From contig OZ316896.1 in the NCBI GenBank assembly GCA_973895155.1, positions 9,259,539 to 9,323,538 of the forward strand: a DNA stretch of 64,000 nucleotides, read 5' to 3'. Within the stretch, counting starts at the first letter, position 1, and every line of letters starts with the position of its first letter. Below, in pieces: positions 10,267 through 22,100 of this stretch. Made by a program: the position numbers and the translations under genes. The notes under the pieces are model-generated. The model was not told the DNA's origin, made no database searches, and saw nothing but the letters and a program-made list of their open reading frames with translations. The stretch comes from Marsupella aquatica. Lineage: Eukaryota > Plantae > Marchantiophyta.

Positions 10267-12817
10267 TTGACAGACCTAGCCAACAAACTAAAGTATAGGA
10301 AAGCAAGGATCCTATCTGACCTCACTGCAAAGAAAATTTTGGTTGAGCATTCAAGTTTATCGAACGCTGTGAATAATACTATGCAATTTAAGTCTTGTTT
10401 TTTAGAGACCATTGTTCATGCAAGAAGGCAATTTGAGTCCGAGTGCGGGAAACCGCCGCGTCCAGGGATTGGGACCAATCAAAATACAGACAGGAAAAAC
10501 TATCAGGTACATTTCTGAGCAAGGCAAACTATTCTTGATCCCCTTTGATTAAATATTGTGGTAGATGTTTGCCTAGCCCTTAGGGCGAGGCTACCTTGTC
10601 TTGTTTTCCTTGGTTAGAAGATTAAAGCAAATGCTTGCCTTGCCCTTAGGGCAACGCAACCTAGACTAGTCTCTCTAAGAATATTGCCCAAGTTCCATTT
10701 CTGTCAATTGCGGTTGGATGCAGAAGTTTGCCTCGCCCGTTTCAAACATCTAGATATAAATTTTCTACCATATGCATTGTACCCTGAAACTAATGTCAAG
10801 TCCATTGGATATGCAGAATTGGTTTGCCCTGGCAAAGGTCACAATGGGGAAGTCGAGCTTGAAGAGCATTTACTAGTTACTTTTTGCCGAGGATGAGCTC
10901 TTTGAATTATGGCGGAATGTGTGTGGAGAATGGTTGAGTGGGAAGCTCCAAAACGGCGCTGGTGGGTATGGAGGGCCAAGACCCCCACGAGGACCCCCAA
11001 AATCGATTGTTCCCGGTACCTTTCGATGCTTTGAAGGAGAGATTAGTAGTGAACAAATAATTGAGATCTTGAAGGACGTTCAAGAGGAGCGTGCCTTGAT
11101 GAAGAAGGATATCATCGACAAATTAGAGCTTGTCGCAAGGGGAGACTTGGCACTTACTGTAATCAAGATAATGTCCAAACTGAGAACAATCATTACTGGC
11201 TATTTTGTGGAAAAGTATCGTGAGAAGTTTCCTGTTGGCACATCTTGGTAGTCTCTAGTGACGTTGTTGCCTTCCTTGAAATCTGAGCTTGAGATGACAA
11301 AGTTGAGGAGAGCAGCGGGTGAGGTTTACCTCAACAATTTGTTGAAGAAGAACGTGGTCAAGGAGAGTTTCCCGCAAAGTCTGATGGTCAGACTAGATGG
11401 GTTGTATTGTAAACAATTTGGTGGGATTGGTCGTTCCCGCACGGAGCCTTTCTTCACATTTTTTAGTGATAATTTGATGAAGACGACCATGCCGAAGATG
11501 CTACAAGAGCCTTTGCCTTTGTGTCCTCTTGCCATTGTTGACTTCAGTAGGTTCCGACAACATGTTTGGACTTATGCTAAAATTATTGCATTACTGCAAT
11601 ACATTGTGGATCTTCCAAGAAATCCAACAATTGTTGTTGTCATGATTGTGCATCCGGGGCCACTTGCTGCAAACATTTTGAGTGCCCTTAGGAAATTGCA
11701 ACATGAAAAGGGAATGGACATCCACGTTGACTACAGGAGCTATCGACGGAGTGATACACTAGTTCCAGAGGGCTTACTTTTCAATTGTGGTATGGAGGAG
11801 ATAATCTTTGCAGGAATCACCACTGAGGAGAAATTTGATTGAAAGCAAGTGTTCAAGCCTGGATTTAATTGCCAATTTTCTTACAATTTGACGATAGACC
11901 CTGATTTCCAAGTGGGAGACAAGATGGAGAAGCGAGATAAGAATAAGAGTAAGACAAGTAAGGAGACAGAGGCTGAGTCAACTACGACATTTCACATTGG
12001 AGATTTCTTGCGAAAGGCTCCCATGTTTGAGATGGTGGGAAGTAGAGGTGGCTTTGTGAATATTCACGCTAAGCCAAAATGTATGCTGCAGAGTATTATT
12101 GAATTTTTTCGGCTGAAGGGGAAACTATCCTTGACTTTTTCTTGGGAGGATAGGTTATGAAGGTGTCCTTGTTGTGTTAATTTCAGAGAATGCTTTGCGT
12201 ATTCAGACACTGAGGATGAATATGATTTCACTCAAGCATATGGAAGGGTTCTCTGTGAGAAGGTTCCTTCCATAATGAGTCACCGGATGGGCGGTTCCAA
12301 ATTTGGCAGATCTTGCGATGGGGTTTCCGAGCGTGTTGGCGCCAAAGAAGGCGTAGAGCAGGGTGAAGATGAGATTGAGGAAGGAGAATTGGGTCACGAC
12401 ACAAACGACAGGGTCACCAAAAAATTGGATGAACGTGGAACACAAGTGGTAGGTACTCCCTACTTTGGTGTGGGGTTGACCGATGTTGTGGGTCGACCTG
12501 AGGGCGACCCACCAAAAAATCCCTTTGCCGATGTAGAGAATTGGATGCACCAATCGGACCCAGATCTTACATCGTCCACATTGGACGCACAATGGAAGGC
12601 AACCGCAGGTGATCTAGGCAATATTGGCGCAGTAGAATTGGAAGAAATGCCAGACATTGCGCTTGCAAAGGAGGATGATCGCCAAGTGCTTGAGACCGTT
12701 GCAAATGAAGAAGAGAAGGCAGGTGCTTCAACTCCTGCCCTATCTCCTCTATATTGCTCATCAATGAGTAAATTGGTTTTTACAAGTGCTTCTACAGGAA
12801 GCCCTGTAGTATTATAA
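10267..12817 (+). pseudogene. 3' part of the cargo gene, including a beta-class N4/N6 DNA methyltransferase-like domain and an acidic tail
   Basis: The frame continues from 3565, with a likely GT-AG intron at ~10508-10816. Correcting a 1-nt frameshift in the T run at ~12104-12110 gives GGFVNIHAKPKCMLQSIIEFFSAEGETILDFFLGG*VMKVSLLC...RECFAYSD, matching the KPxxL..I..S..GxxILDxFxGxG...R..G.E (motif X-I-II) consensus. LAIVDFSRF (~11527-11553) sits where motif IV (DPPY) is expected. Confidence 0.55.
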
Positions 12818-13499
12818 TTTTCACAAAATTTTGGATCCGAGATAGGTAGGACTGGATATATGAAAACAGTCCATCGTGCAACTCATTTCATATGGAGAAA
12901 TGGACCAAAGGTTGGAATGATAGAATCACTAGACGAAACTCCAAAGATAATGGCAAAATCAGATTACAAAAAAATGAACTTGAGATTGAGCCCAGTTTTT
13001 GCACCCCCATCCTTTGAAGAGCAACTTCTCGGTGGCATCAATTCTGAGATACAGAGTGTTCTAGGTGATCAGCCGATAGATGAATTTGGGCATTTTAACA
13101 TCAAAAATTATTAGCCTTTTCTTTGGTTCTTGGTATTTTAATGACAATCTAAGCTTTATCTTTGTAATAATATACTTTTTGACAGACCAAAGTTGCGTCG
13201 TAGAATCTCCTTCCTCAAATGATTTTAATGGCATTCCCTCGGAAAGCGTTGCTGTGGAGGAAGGGTTTGACCCAGGTATACCTTGGATCTAAAAAGTAGC
13301 AAATTTTGAATGTAATTGTTTTTCTAGGAGGGTCGCCCCAGGGTCGTTCCTCTCTCCTTCAAATGTTATAACAAAGTTTGTTTGATTTCAAATTTTGAGA
13401 TTTTCCTCGGTAGTAATTGTTTAAACTTTGAGTCACATTGACTAAGGGCTTATTTTAATGTTTCCAAACTTCACTCCAATACTACACTCTCCGATCTAG

Positions 13500-14474
13500 C
13501 GAAAGCTCTTGGTTCTTGATCTTAACAAGATTTGTTGGGATTGCATTAAGATTAGAAGCTCAGGTACATGGCAAAATCAGACAAGTTTACGTGGTGTGCA
13601 CTAGGGGAGACGTGAAGGGTTTAATTTCATGTATGTGGAGCGCCCCTACCTCCAAGAATTTCTATATGCAGCTTTCATGGCTTTTGACGTTGCAATTTGG
13701 ACCTGTGCAAGGAGGCCAAAAACAATGGACACTGAGGAGGAGCGACATAAGTTCAAGTTTGTCTTTACTCAAGAAGATACCTTTGATAGTTGCATCCAAA
13801 GGCTAGATATAACAGACGGGAAGGCCAATTTACTTTTGAAGAATCTGCAAACCATTTGGGACCGCTTTCCAGAAAAATATGATGCTTCTAATACAGTTCT
13901 TATTGATGATTCTCCATTGAAGGCATTTTTGAATTATGACGTAAATGGATTGTTTCCAAATCCATTTACTCACACAGCTTCAAATGACACTTTTTTGCCC
14001 GAGATATTATGGCCGTATCGTTGCAAATTGAGAAAGGCCTACTGTGTTCAACATTATATCACTGTCAACAATCCAAAGTGGTCTATTTTCAATTTATTAA
14101 CAAGCAAGGAGGATCATGCTGCCATCTATGCTCTTTTGGAGGTGAAGTGGGGAGATTGTCGTTGTATCCATAAGGAGTTTGGAACCATCTTGGATGTGAC
14201 TCCTGAAGGAAAGGAGGAGGTGCAGCATTACCCACCACTAGAGACGTGGACCACGAATGAGATCAAAGAAACTGCAAATGCTATACTTGGAGACAACTAT
14301 TCTAGTCCTCATAGACAAAATAGAAGGCATTTTATTTGGAAAGTTCTAAGAACTAGGGATCTCGCCAATAAGTTTAAGAACCACCATGCGAGAGATACTT
14401 GCAACCGTTACATCCGCTATGATACATCAGGAAGCAGACTTTTTTGTTCAAATGAGTTTTGTCTTGATCATTAG
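13500..14474 (+). pseudogene. FCP1/NIF-type HAD phosphatase-domain gene (frameshifted)
   Basis: RKLLVLDLN at ~13500-13526, then RPYLQEFL, FDVAIWT, LLKNL..IW, NTVLIDDSPLKAFLN and LFPNPF in ORF 13629-14474: the FCP1-homology motif set. Confidence 0.8.
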
Positions 14475-14939
14475 GAGATAGGGTTGCTCTAGTGCCTACC
14501 CTGAATTGTGCATTCATATTATGTCTTGAAAAGGATATGTTTTGAACATGTAGGATAAAGTAAACAATTAGGATATGCTTAGTGTGAGGCTCTCTCACTG
14601 GACTGGACAATTTATTAATTATATAGTGGGTCAATCTCATTATGACCCTTGATTTATCATCATAGATATTTTTTAATTTATGGTCTGAGTGGTATTGGCC
14701 TCTGATTTTTGGATTGAATCAAATTTACTTTAATTTATAAATTAATTAGAATATATGATTTAAGTTATTATTAAACATTTGGGTGAAAAAACAAAAATTT
14801 GGGCATTCAAAAGTGCATATTTGGGCTGAAAAAAATTAAATTTGGGGAATGATTTAAAAGAAATTTGGCCCGAGAAAAACAACTTTAGGATTCATATTTT
14901 GGACTTTTAAAAGTACAGTTTTAATGAATATAGTGATAT

Positions 14940-15569
14940 AAGCAATCCTGACAATGATACCATTCAGCCAGATTCATGTGATGTGGAGCAAGGTGTGTGC
15001 TATGTAGATCTTGATCCCATTGTAGAGATACATGATTTGTAGAATGTGTCACTATCAACAACGAGTGTACCTCTTGTTGTGATAAATTCAACTGAAGAGT
15101 TTGTTGGTATGGCACTCCCAGGTGAGGTATCGGCTATTGTGACAGTCCTAAGAGAGGAACCTACTAAGCCTAGCTTCACTACTGTGAAGAAAGGAAGCAT
15201 GCGCACACGAAGCAAGTCTGCTAGGAGTAGAGCCATGTCAAAGGTTTCATAAAAACCTCCAAGATTGGTGTTGGCAGAAAGATCTAAGGTGGAAGTGGGC
15301 AAGGCACCTAATGCAGAGGGACAAAGTGGTTTGTTAGCTATTGATGAAAGTGGAACACAAGTAGAATTTGGCAGAGTGCAAGTTGGTTCTACAATGTTCC
15401 ATGGCAAGAGGATCCCACCAGGTTATTCCGTAGTGTTAATCACATTACTAGTGAAACCTAAAGCTGTTCTTCCCATTCCAAATACAAATGATGATCTTCT
15501 CAGAAGACACTTAGAGATGCTGCAGGTTCTTTGGTATTATGGCCAAGCAAGTACATAGAGGATCCATGA
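14940..15569 (+). pseudogene. 3' fragment of a CACTA accessory (TnpA/DUF8039-like) gene
   Basis: Joined ORFs read ...VEFGRVQVGSTMFHGKRIPPGYSVVLITLLVKPKAVLPIPNTNDD..KTLRDAAGSLVLWPSKYIEDP*, the typical CACTA-associated HG..IP.GY..V......LP.P....TL.DA.GS.VLWP pattern. Contains stops and frameshifts. Confidence 0.7.
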
Positions 15570-16079
15570 CAATGTGATGTCATTATTTTTTTGTAGTGTG
15601 AGTCAAGCTTTGTAGATTTTAGAATTCAAGAAGCAATGCGCAATATATCATGTTTGATAATTGATAGTAGCATGCATTTGCTTTCAATTGTTTCAAACAA
15701 TTATCAGTTTAGAAGTTCCTATTTTCTCTGAATCACATTGATGACATTGTAAACTGTGCGATTATAATTGAATTAATCATCATCTTTCAGCAATATTGTG
15801 ATTTTGTTGAATTCTTATGAATGAGTTTTGTGGAGGATCTACTTATATCATGCTTTGTTTCATGTGAATGTCATTCATGCCGTGTTTATTTCTTGTATTC
15901 AATGTGTTATACTTCTAAAGGATGAATGAGTGTTTATATGTATTGCAATGTGGAGTGCTCATGAATTGACTATCTCTCCTTATGAACTGTTCCACAATTT
16001 CTACCTTCCATTCTTGGATTAGTCATGGTTACAACTTCCCTAAATTCTATCTTAATCTGTTTAGTTATAAACATGACTA

Positions 16080-16479
16080 TGTAGAGACCCAAATGGTTGT
16101 GTTGTGTGACTCGGACCAGGGTCTCCCTGGGTCTATTATGTGACAATAAAAAGTCACAAGTTAGTCGCTATTAACAAGGTTGACAACGCTTCTAAGGGCA
16201 ACTAAGTCATGGACGTGACTTACCCTGTGACTAATTGAAGTCATATTACAGTCACGTACCAACAAGGCTAGACTCCATGATGGAGTCACAGATGAGTCAC
16301 AAATGGGTATCAAGCAAGTCGCGATGGTGTGTATCAATAGTGACTTCTATTTTTTGGTCTCAACTTTTGCAACTCCAAGGGTCACAACCTGGGTCACGTC
16401 ACGTTGAGTCACAATGAAGTCACATGAGCCAAAAGGAGTCACATATTGCGGTCTCAGATGAACTCAGATTCTTCTAGTG
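16080..16479. mobile_element. Right terminus of a CACTA (En/Spm) DNA transposon
   Basis: Ends ...ttcttcTAGTG at 16479 (CACTAgaagaa on minus), preceded by more than 10 subterminal GTCAC/GTGAC motifs in both orientations, downstream of the DUF8039-like gene. Confidence 0.8.
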
Positions 16480-16512
16480 TTGTGGTTTATTTCAATAAAG
16501 TAAGCTTGCATG

Positions 16513-16856
16513 TGTTGAGCATAGACGACATTCGTAACAGCAAGCCCATGAACCATCCAACGCACAATAGTCGACACAGAGAGATACGTGGTTCACCTCC
16601 ACATGAGGCTACGTCCACGGGAACACACAAGAGCTTTACTGCACTCTAGGGCGACCGACCATACCAAGCATCCACAGCACAAGCTCTCCCTATCTTTCAA
16701 CTAGCTCCGTAACAATGAGCCTAAGTTCCACCAGGGTCTGGCATCAGCCCTGGCTATATACACAACAACACTACCGCTAACAATAGCTAAGTCCTAACCC
16801 GAGTTAGCCTAACTGTAGTTAGCTCATGAGTCATAAGACTAGAGCAATATCTAACA
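16513..16856 (-). mobile_element. Copia solo LTR, related to the element 2 LTR
   Basis: TG...CA with TSD GCATG (16508-16512 and 16857-16861). Begins tgttgagcatagacgac, the reverse complement of the element 2 LTR end. Confidence 0.92.
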
Positions 16857-19102
16857 GCATGGTGCATGGGGAGTCCCAACCTGAGTAGGATTGGAGAGCA
16901 CTGAGGAGTGAGAGCCAGAGTTGCGCTTGCTAGGCAAGCGCGAGATAGGGTCTTGTAGAGACTGGGCATCAACTACCGGTAGGCTTGCTAATTGCTTAGA
17001 AGTTGAGTCAACTATGTACATGTTACTTCTTTATCTGAGTAAATTTGGTCTTTCCCTCTGATCTTTTAGAGTAGTCCGTGTATTGTGCATACCTTGTCTA
17101 GGACGTACGGGGTGCAGACTAATGGTTGGAATTGTAAGGACCGAAGTGCATGTTAAATACGTCGCAAGTTCTGGTTGTTGGTAATGGCTTGAAAGTCCCC
17201 AAGTCGAGAGTTAGTCCAAGTCATTAAATGTGGGTGTGTTCCAGCGGTGGGATCCAAATATACCTATGATGTCTATGAATGCATAATACTATACCGATAC
17301 ATATATAGTCCGTATTAGACTAACCCGGGCCACTACACCCCTCCTTGCCCGAAACCTCACCCTTACTGACCGTGGCTATGCGCGCCCCAAGGAGAACCCG
17401 GATTTAGCCTGGGTTGGTGGTACGACAAGAACTGTCCCTCTCTAGGTGAACACAAATACACAAGAGTCAACAGAAAAAGTGAATGATCCAACATCAAATG
17501 TAGTTGGGGCTGCGGCTAACTGCAAGTAATCTGAATCCTATAATTACAGTAAACAATACTCCTGGCACTCAGACAACTGAACCCCCTGTCAACAATTTCA
17601 TGGAAGCTGATCAAAATGTGGTGATTGCACCTTCACCAGCCCCAAGGGATGCTGCCTCTCTTATTAATAAGGGACATAGTAACCTCTCTACCCCTCCACT
17701 GAACGAGAATGAGATTGTTGGCGACAAGGTAGAACTCAGCAGAAAAAACGCCTCTGTTATACAGACTGGAATAAACAACCTCTCCTCTCCGGCCCCAATC
17801 TCTGATAGGAGGCTCCATGTTTCTTCTCCTGTGGTGGTGGATAGGCAAGCTGTGGCCATTGCTGATTCACAGTGGGAGGCTGGGAAGATTGTGTCAATTG
17901 CATCACCTGAGATTGAGCAGGACAACATTGAGATTTTCTCATTCCAACATTCATGCTCTGGGATTGAGAACCTTCCCCTTCCTAAATGTTGAAAGGTGTG
18001 GGCGACAGAACCTCTTCAGGAGTACTTTACAAGACGTTAGGGGCACTTGGGAGATTTTTTTTCCCCAAAAGCAAACTGGAGGGCCATTCCCACACTAAAT
18101 ATAATGTCCAGTGGCTAAAAGCATTTTTGAAATCCTTGTATGGCACCTATACAGTGGTGCTTTAATTTGCTAAAAGGTGTAGTGAGTGGTGCTAGATTAA
18201 TTTGCTAAAAGACAGATTGGAGATCCACTCCACCAAAATGTCACTTATTTGGCTAAAGTCTTCCTAGATGTAAGAGAAGATCTTATGAATGAATTGTGGT
18301 CCCTTTTTAATGCAATGACTTAAAATAGGAATGGGCGGGCTGAGAAGAAGGGACCTCCAATAGAGGTGGTCTAAAATCTAGGACAAAAGAGTGCTCTACA
18401 TAAGCAAAAATTGGGCCCTGTTCCGTTCCAAGGAGAATTGGTAATAGGTTAGGTTTAAAGTGCCCCCAACTTTCTGTGAAGTGAACAAGAGCAGTTTCTC
18501 CCAAATAGATAGCCTTCATCAGATCTTGGAGACCAAAAAAATGTGAAAATTGCCCCCAAGGGTAACGCCACTGGTTTCAACCTTAGATAGCCAGTCACGA
18601 AGTGTCCAACTTCCAAAGTACACAAGCCAAAGTCACACTGGGTAGGTCACACAAGTGTCGTACAACAACTTGCATTTGATTTCATCTGACAAATGCTCGC
18701 ATTCCAGCTGGGAAAGTGCTTTGGAACAACCGGGCACGGTGTACGACCATCTTTGGTGACATTGGAAATCGTATCCCACTATATATCAAAATATCAACAA
18801 AAATGTAAAACCGGGAGGGTTTAACCTTAGATCGCCAGTGAAGTGTCCAAGTTCCAAAGTCCACAAGCGATGCTCGGTCCACAAGCCAGAGTCACGCTCG
18901 GTCTTACAAAAACTTGCATTTGGTTTTATTTGATTTCATCTGACAAACACTCTCATTGCATCTGGGAAAGGGCTTTGGAACAACCGGGCACGGTTTACGA
19001 CAATCTCTGGTGACATTGGCAATCGTATGCCACTATATATCAAAATGCCAGCAAAAATGTACGACAATCTCTGGTGACATTGGCAATCGTATGCCACTAT
19101 AT

Positions 19103-22100
19103 GAGCTATGTGGGTTGTCTGAGTTGCAGCATCTAAAAGCCTTTTGGATTTCTGCTCCAGCCTGGTGACCGGCCCTGGCCTGGCCTGGGGTCCGACGCTT
19201 TTTCTCCTGGCTCTGAGCCGGGGTTGGTTTGACCTGGGGGAGCACATTGTGGCGTGGCTTCTTGGTGTTCTGTTCGGAGGGGGTGCCTCCGCGACAGCTT
19301 CCTTTGCGCAAGGCTGCGGCGGTCCTTTTAGATGTGCGGTTGTTGTCACTACCGGGTCGAGGTTCTTTGCTTCGGTCATCCATCCTTTGCTTTTGTTTTT
19401 GTTGTCGCTTTCGTAATATTTTCTGTTTGTTTTTGTTGGACTTGCCTACTTTATATGTTTCTTCTTCATCCCTGTTTTATATTTTCATTTTCACATGGAG
19501 CCTCTTCCCTTTCTGAGTTCCCCTTCCCCCACTCCGGGCCCACCGGCTTCTCCCTACTCCACTCCTCTTTCCGTTCGTCGCCCTCGTCCCTCCTCACCTC
19601 CCACTTCCCCTTCTGATCCCCGTGTCCAGTGCGATGCTTGTCATAGTTGGTACCGGCCGTTAGGTTTGACGCGCCACCGTCGTTCCTGTCCTGCCCCTCG
19701 TGCTTCCTCCTCCACCTTGCCTCCACCCCCGTCCTCCCCCCACCTCCATCTGGGCCCCCTCCCTCCTCTTGGGATTGGTTGGCTCACCTTGATGTCCTTG
19801 CTGCCCTCTATCCCGGTTTTTGGCATCCCCGTTTGTTTACTAGGATTCCCGTGCCCGTGCGGCCTCTCCTTCAGAGAGCCTTTCGTCTTCCCTTCGACCG
19901 CTTGGCTCGCGACCCCTCAGATGTTGGGGCTTGGTCCTTGCTCCTCCTGCTCCCTCATTGGGTGCTGGTCCTTCCTCCGTGGGGGGGGCCGTCCGGGCAT
20001 AGGGAGACCTTGGTCCGGTTGCAGCGGTTCCTTTCTGGGGATTGGGCTTCGCTTCATGAGGAGTATTACCATAGGTTGTTAGCGTTGGCCTCTCGGACCT
20101 CTGAGCTAGTCGAGGAGCCATCTGCCCCTCCAGGGCAGCGCCGGCTTCGCCAGTGCCTTCTTTTGGGGCAGGCGGGGGAGTTTTCTCGGGCCGCTCGCTC
20201 CTTGGTCCCCCTCTCCCCCTCTCCTCCATCAGCCGAGACAGTTCTTGCCTTACGGTCTCTTCATCCCCCGGCTGCATCTGAGGTTCCTTGTTTTCTCGGG
20301 AGCTTTACCCCTGAGACCGAGTTCTCCCTATCCCGTGAGGTATTCTCCTCTGTCTTCCTTCATCTACCCTGCCTATCCGCGGGCGGGATTTCTGGGATGA
20401 GGTTCGAGCACCTACGCGATTGCTTTTGTCCCGACGACTCGACATCTGGTTTTTCTGAGTTGTTCCAGGTTTGTGCCCATGTCGCGGGGGGCCGTATTCC
20501 TCCCGTGGTCGCTCGGCTTTTGGGGGCCTGTCGGCTTCTGGCTATGGCCAAAGAGACTGGGGGTGTCAGGCCCTTGGCCATTGGGGAGGTCTTGTTTCAC
20601 TTGGTGAGCCGTTGTGTTTGTCTGCAAACTCGGGCTCCCTTTTTGTCACACTTTTTTCCTCACCAGTTTGGTGTGGCCACCCCTGGCGGTTGCGAGAGTG
20701 TGGTGCATGGCCTTCGTGCCATCTTGGATATCCACCCCGACTGGGCGGTTATTCAGGTGGATGTGGCTAATGCATTCAACTCTGTATCCCGTTGGGTCAT
20801 GTTTGAGGAGTTGCGGGCCGCTGGAGGGGAGATCGCATCCCTCATCCCCTTTGCCCGGGCCTTCTATGGGGCCCCGACCCCCCTGGTTTACCCTGACCAT
20901 CTTGTTCCTGGGTCCTATGTGACCATCTCATCCGAGTCCGGGACTAGGCAGGGTGACCCCCTTGGTGGGGCGTTGTTTGCTATGGCGCACCTTCGTGCTA
21001 TTCGTGCCTCTTCGGATGCCTTCCCGGGTTGCATGTTTCCTTTTGTTGCGGATGACACTCACATTGTTGCCCCGGTCCCGCTTGTTGGGGATGCCTATTC
21101 CCACTTTGTGGACCAGCTTACCCTTATTGGTCTTTCAGTCCAGCCTTGGAAGTGTGGGGTTTGGTCTCGTCTCCCCCTCCCACACTCTTTCACCCCACCT
21201 CTTGGTATACCCATTCGGCTCGAGGGCATTAGAGTCCTTGGGGTGCCTTTCGGGGGAGCGGTCTTTGAGCAGGATTTTCTTCTTGCGGCCCTATCCCAGG
21301 ACGTTTTGCATATTGACCAGTTGGCGTCCTTGGGGGATGCCCAGATCTCCTTTTTGATCTTGGTCCTTTGTTTTGTTCGGCGTCCTTCCTATCTTCTCCG
21401 GACAGTCCCTCCTACTGCGATGTTCCTGTCCTTACTCTCTTCATTTGACACCACTGTGATGAGAGTCTTTGGTCACCTCATTGGTCCGGGAGCCCTTGAT
21501 GGAGAGGATGGTTCTTTTGCGGCTAGGCAGGCTGCGTTACCCCCATCGGGAGGGGGTATGGGGATGGCCTCGGTTGTGGACACTGCCCCTTGCGCGTTTC
21601 TTGGTAGTTGGGCGCAGGTGGCCCCTGCCCTGGCCTCACGTTTCATTGTGGACCTTCGGCCTATCCTCTCTGACTCGGTCATGGGAGTGGAGAACGGAGC
21701 TCTCCCTTTTCAGGTCCAGCTTCGTCATGCACGGTCATTATTGCCGGAGGACGTGCAGAGCGTGGTCCCTGCTTTCGAGGGAGTTGTTATGGACAGTCTG
21801 GATCGAGTCCAACAGGTGATTTCTGATTGCATGCACCGACACACCCTTTCCAGCATGCTTTCTGAGGCACCCTCGGATTTGGTACGGGCTCGTCTTTTAT
21901 CCGGTTCGGGCGCTGGTTCGGGGGCTTGGCTATCGGCGAGTCCTCTTTGGGCCCCCTTTCGTATGAGTTCTTTTATTTTTACCACATCCACGCGCCTTCG
22001 GTTGGGTCTTCCTCACCCTTGCCTCTTGGGTCAGCCCACTTGCGTCTGTGGTGCGCCCCTTGATGGGCAAGGCATTCACATTCTCAGGTGCGATCATGGT

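Noticed and set aside
17504-17992. 162-aa ORF
   Set aside because: Low-complexity with no motif or supporting gene structure; possibly a transposon remnant but not supportable.
19103-19494. Self-cleaving ribozyme in the retrotransposon 5' UTR
   Set aside because: No hammerhead core or convincing HDV-like fold could be identified by eye; left as a test rather than a feature.
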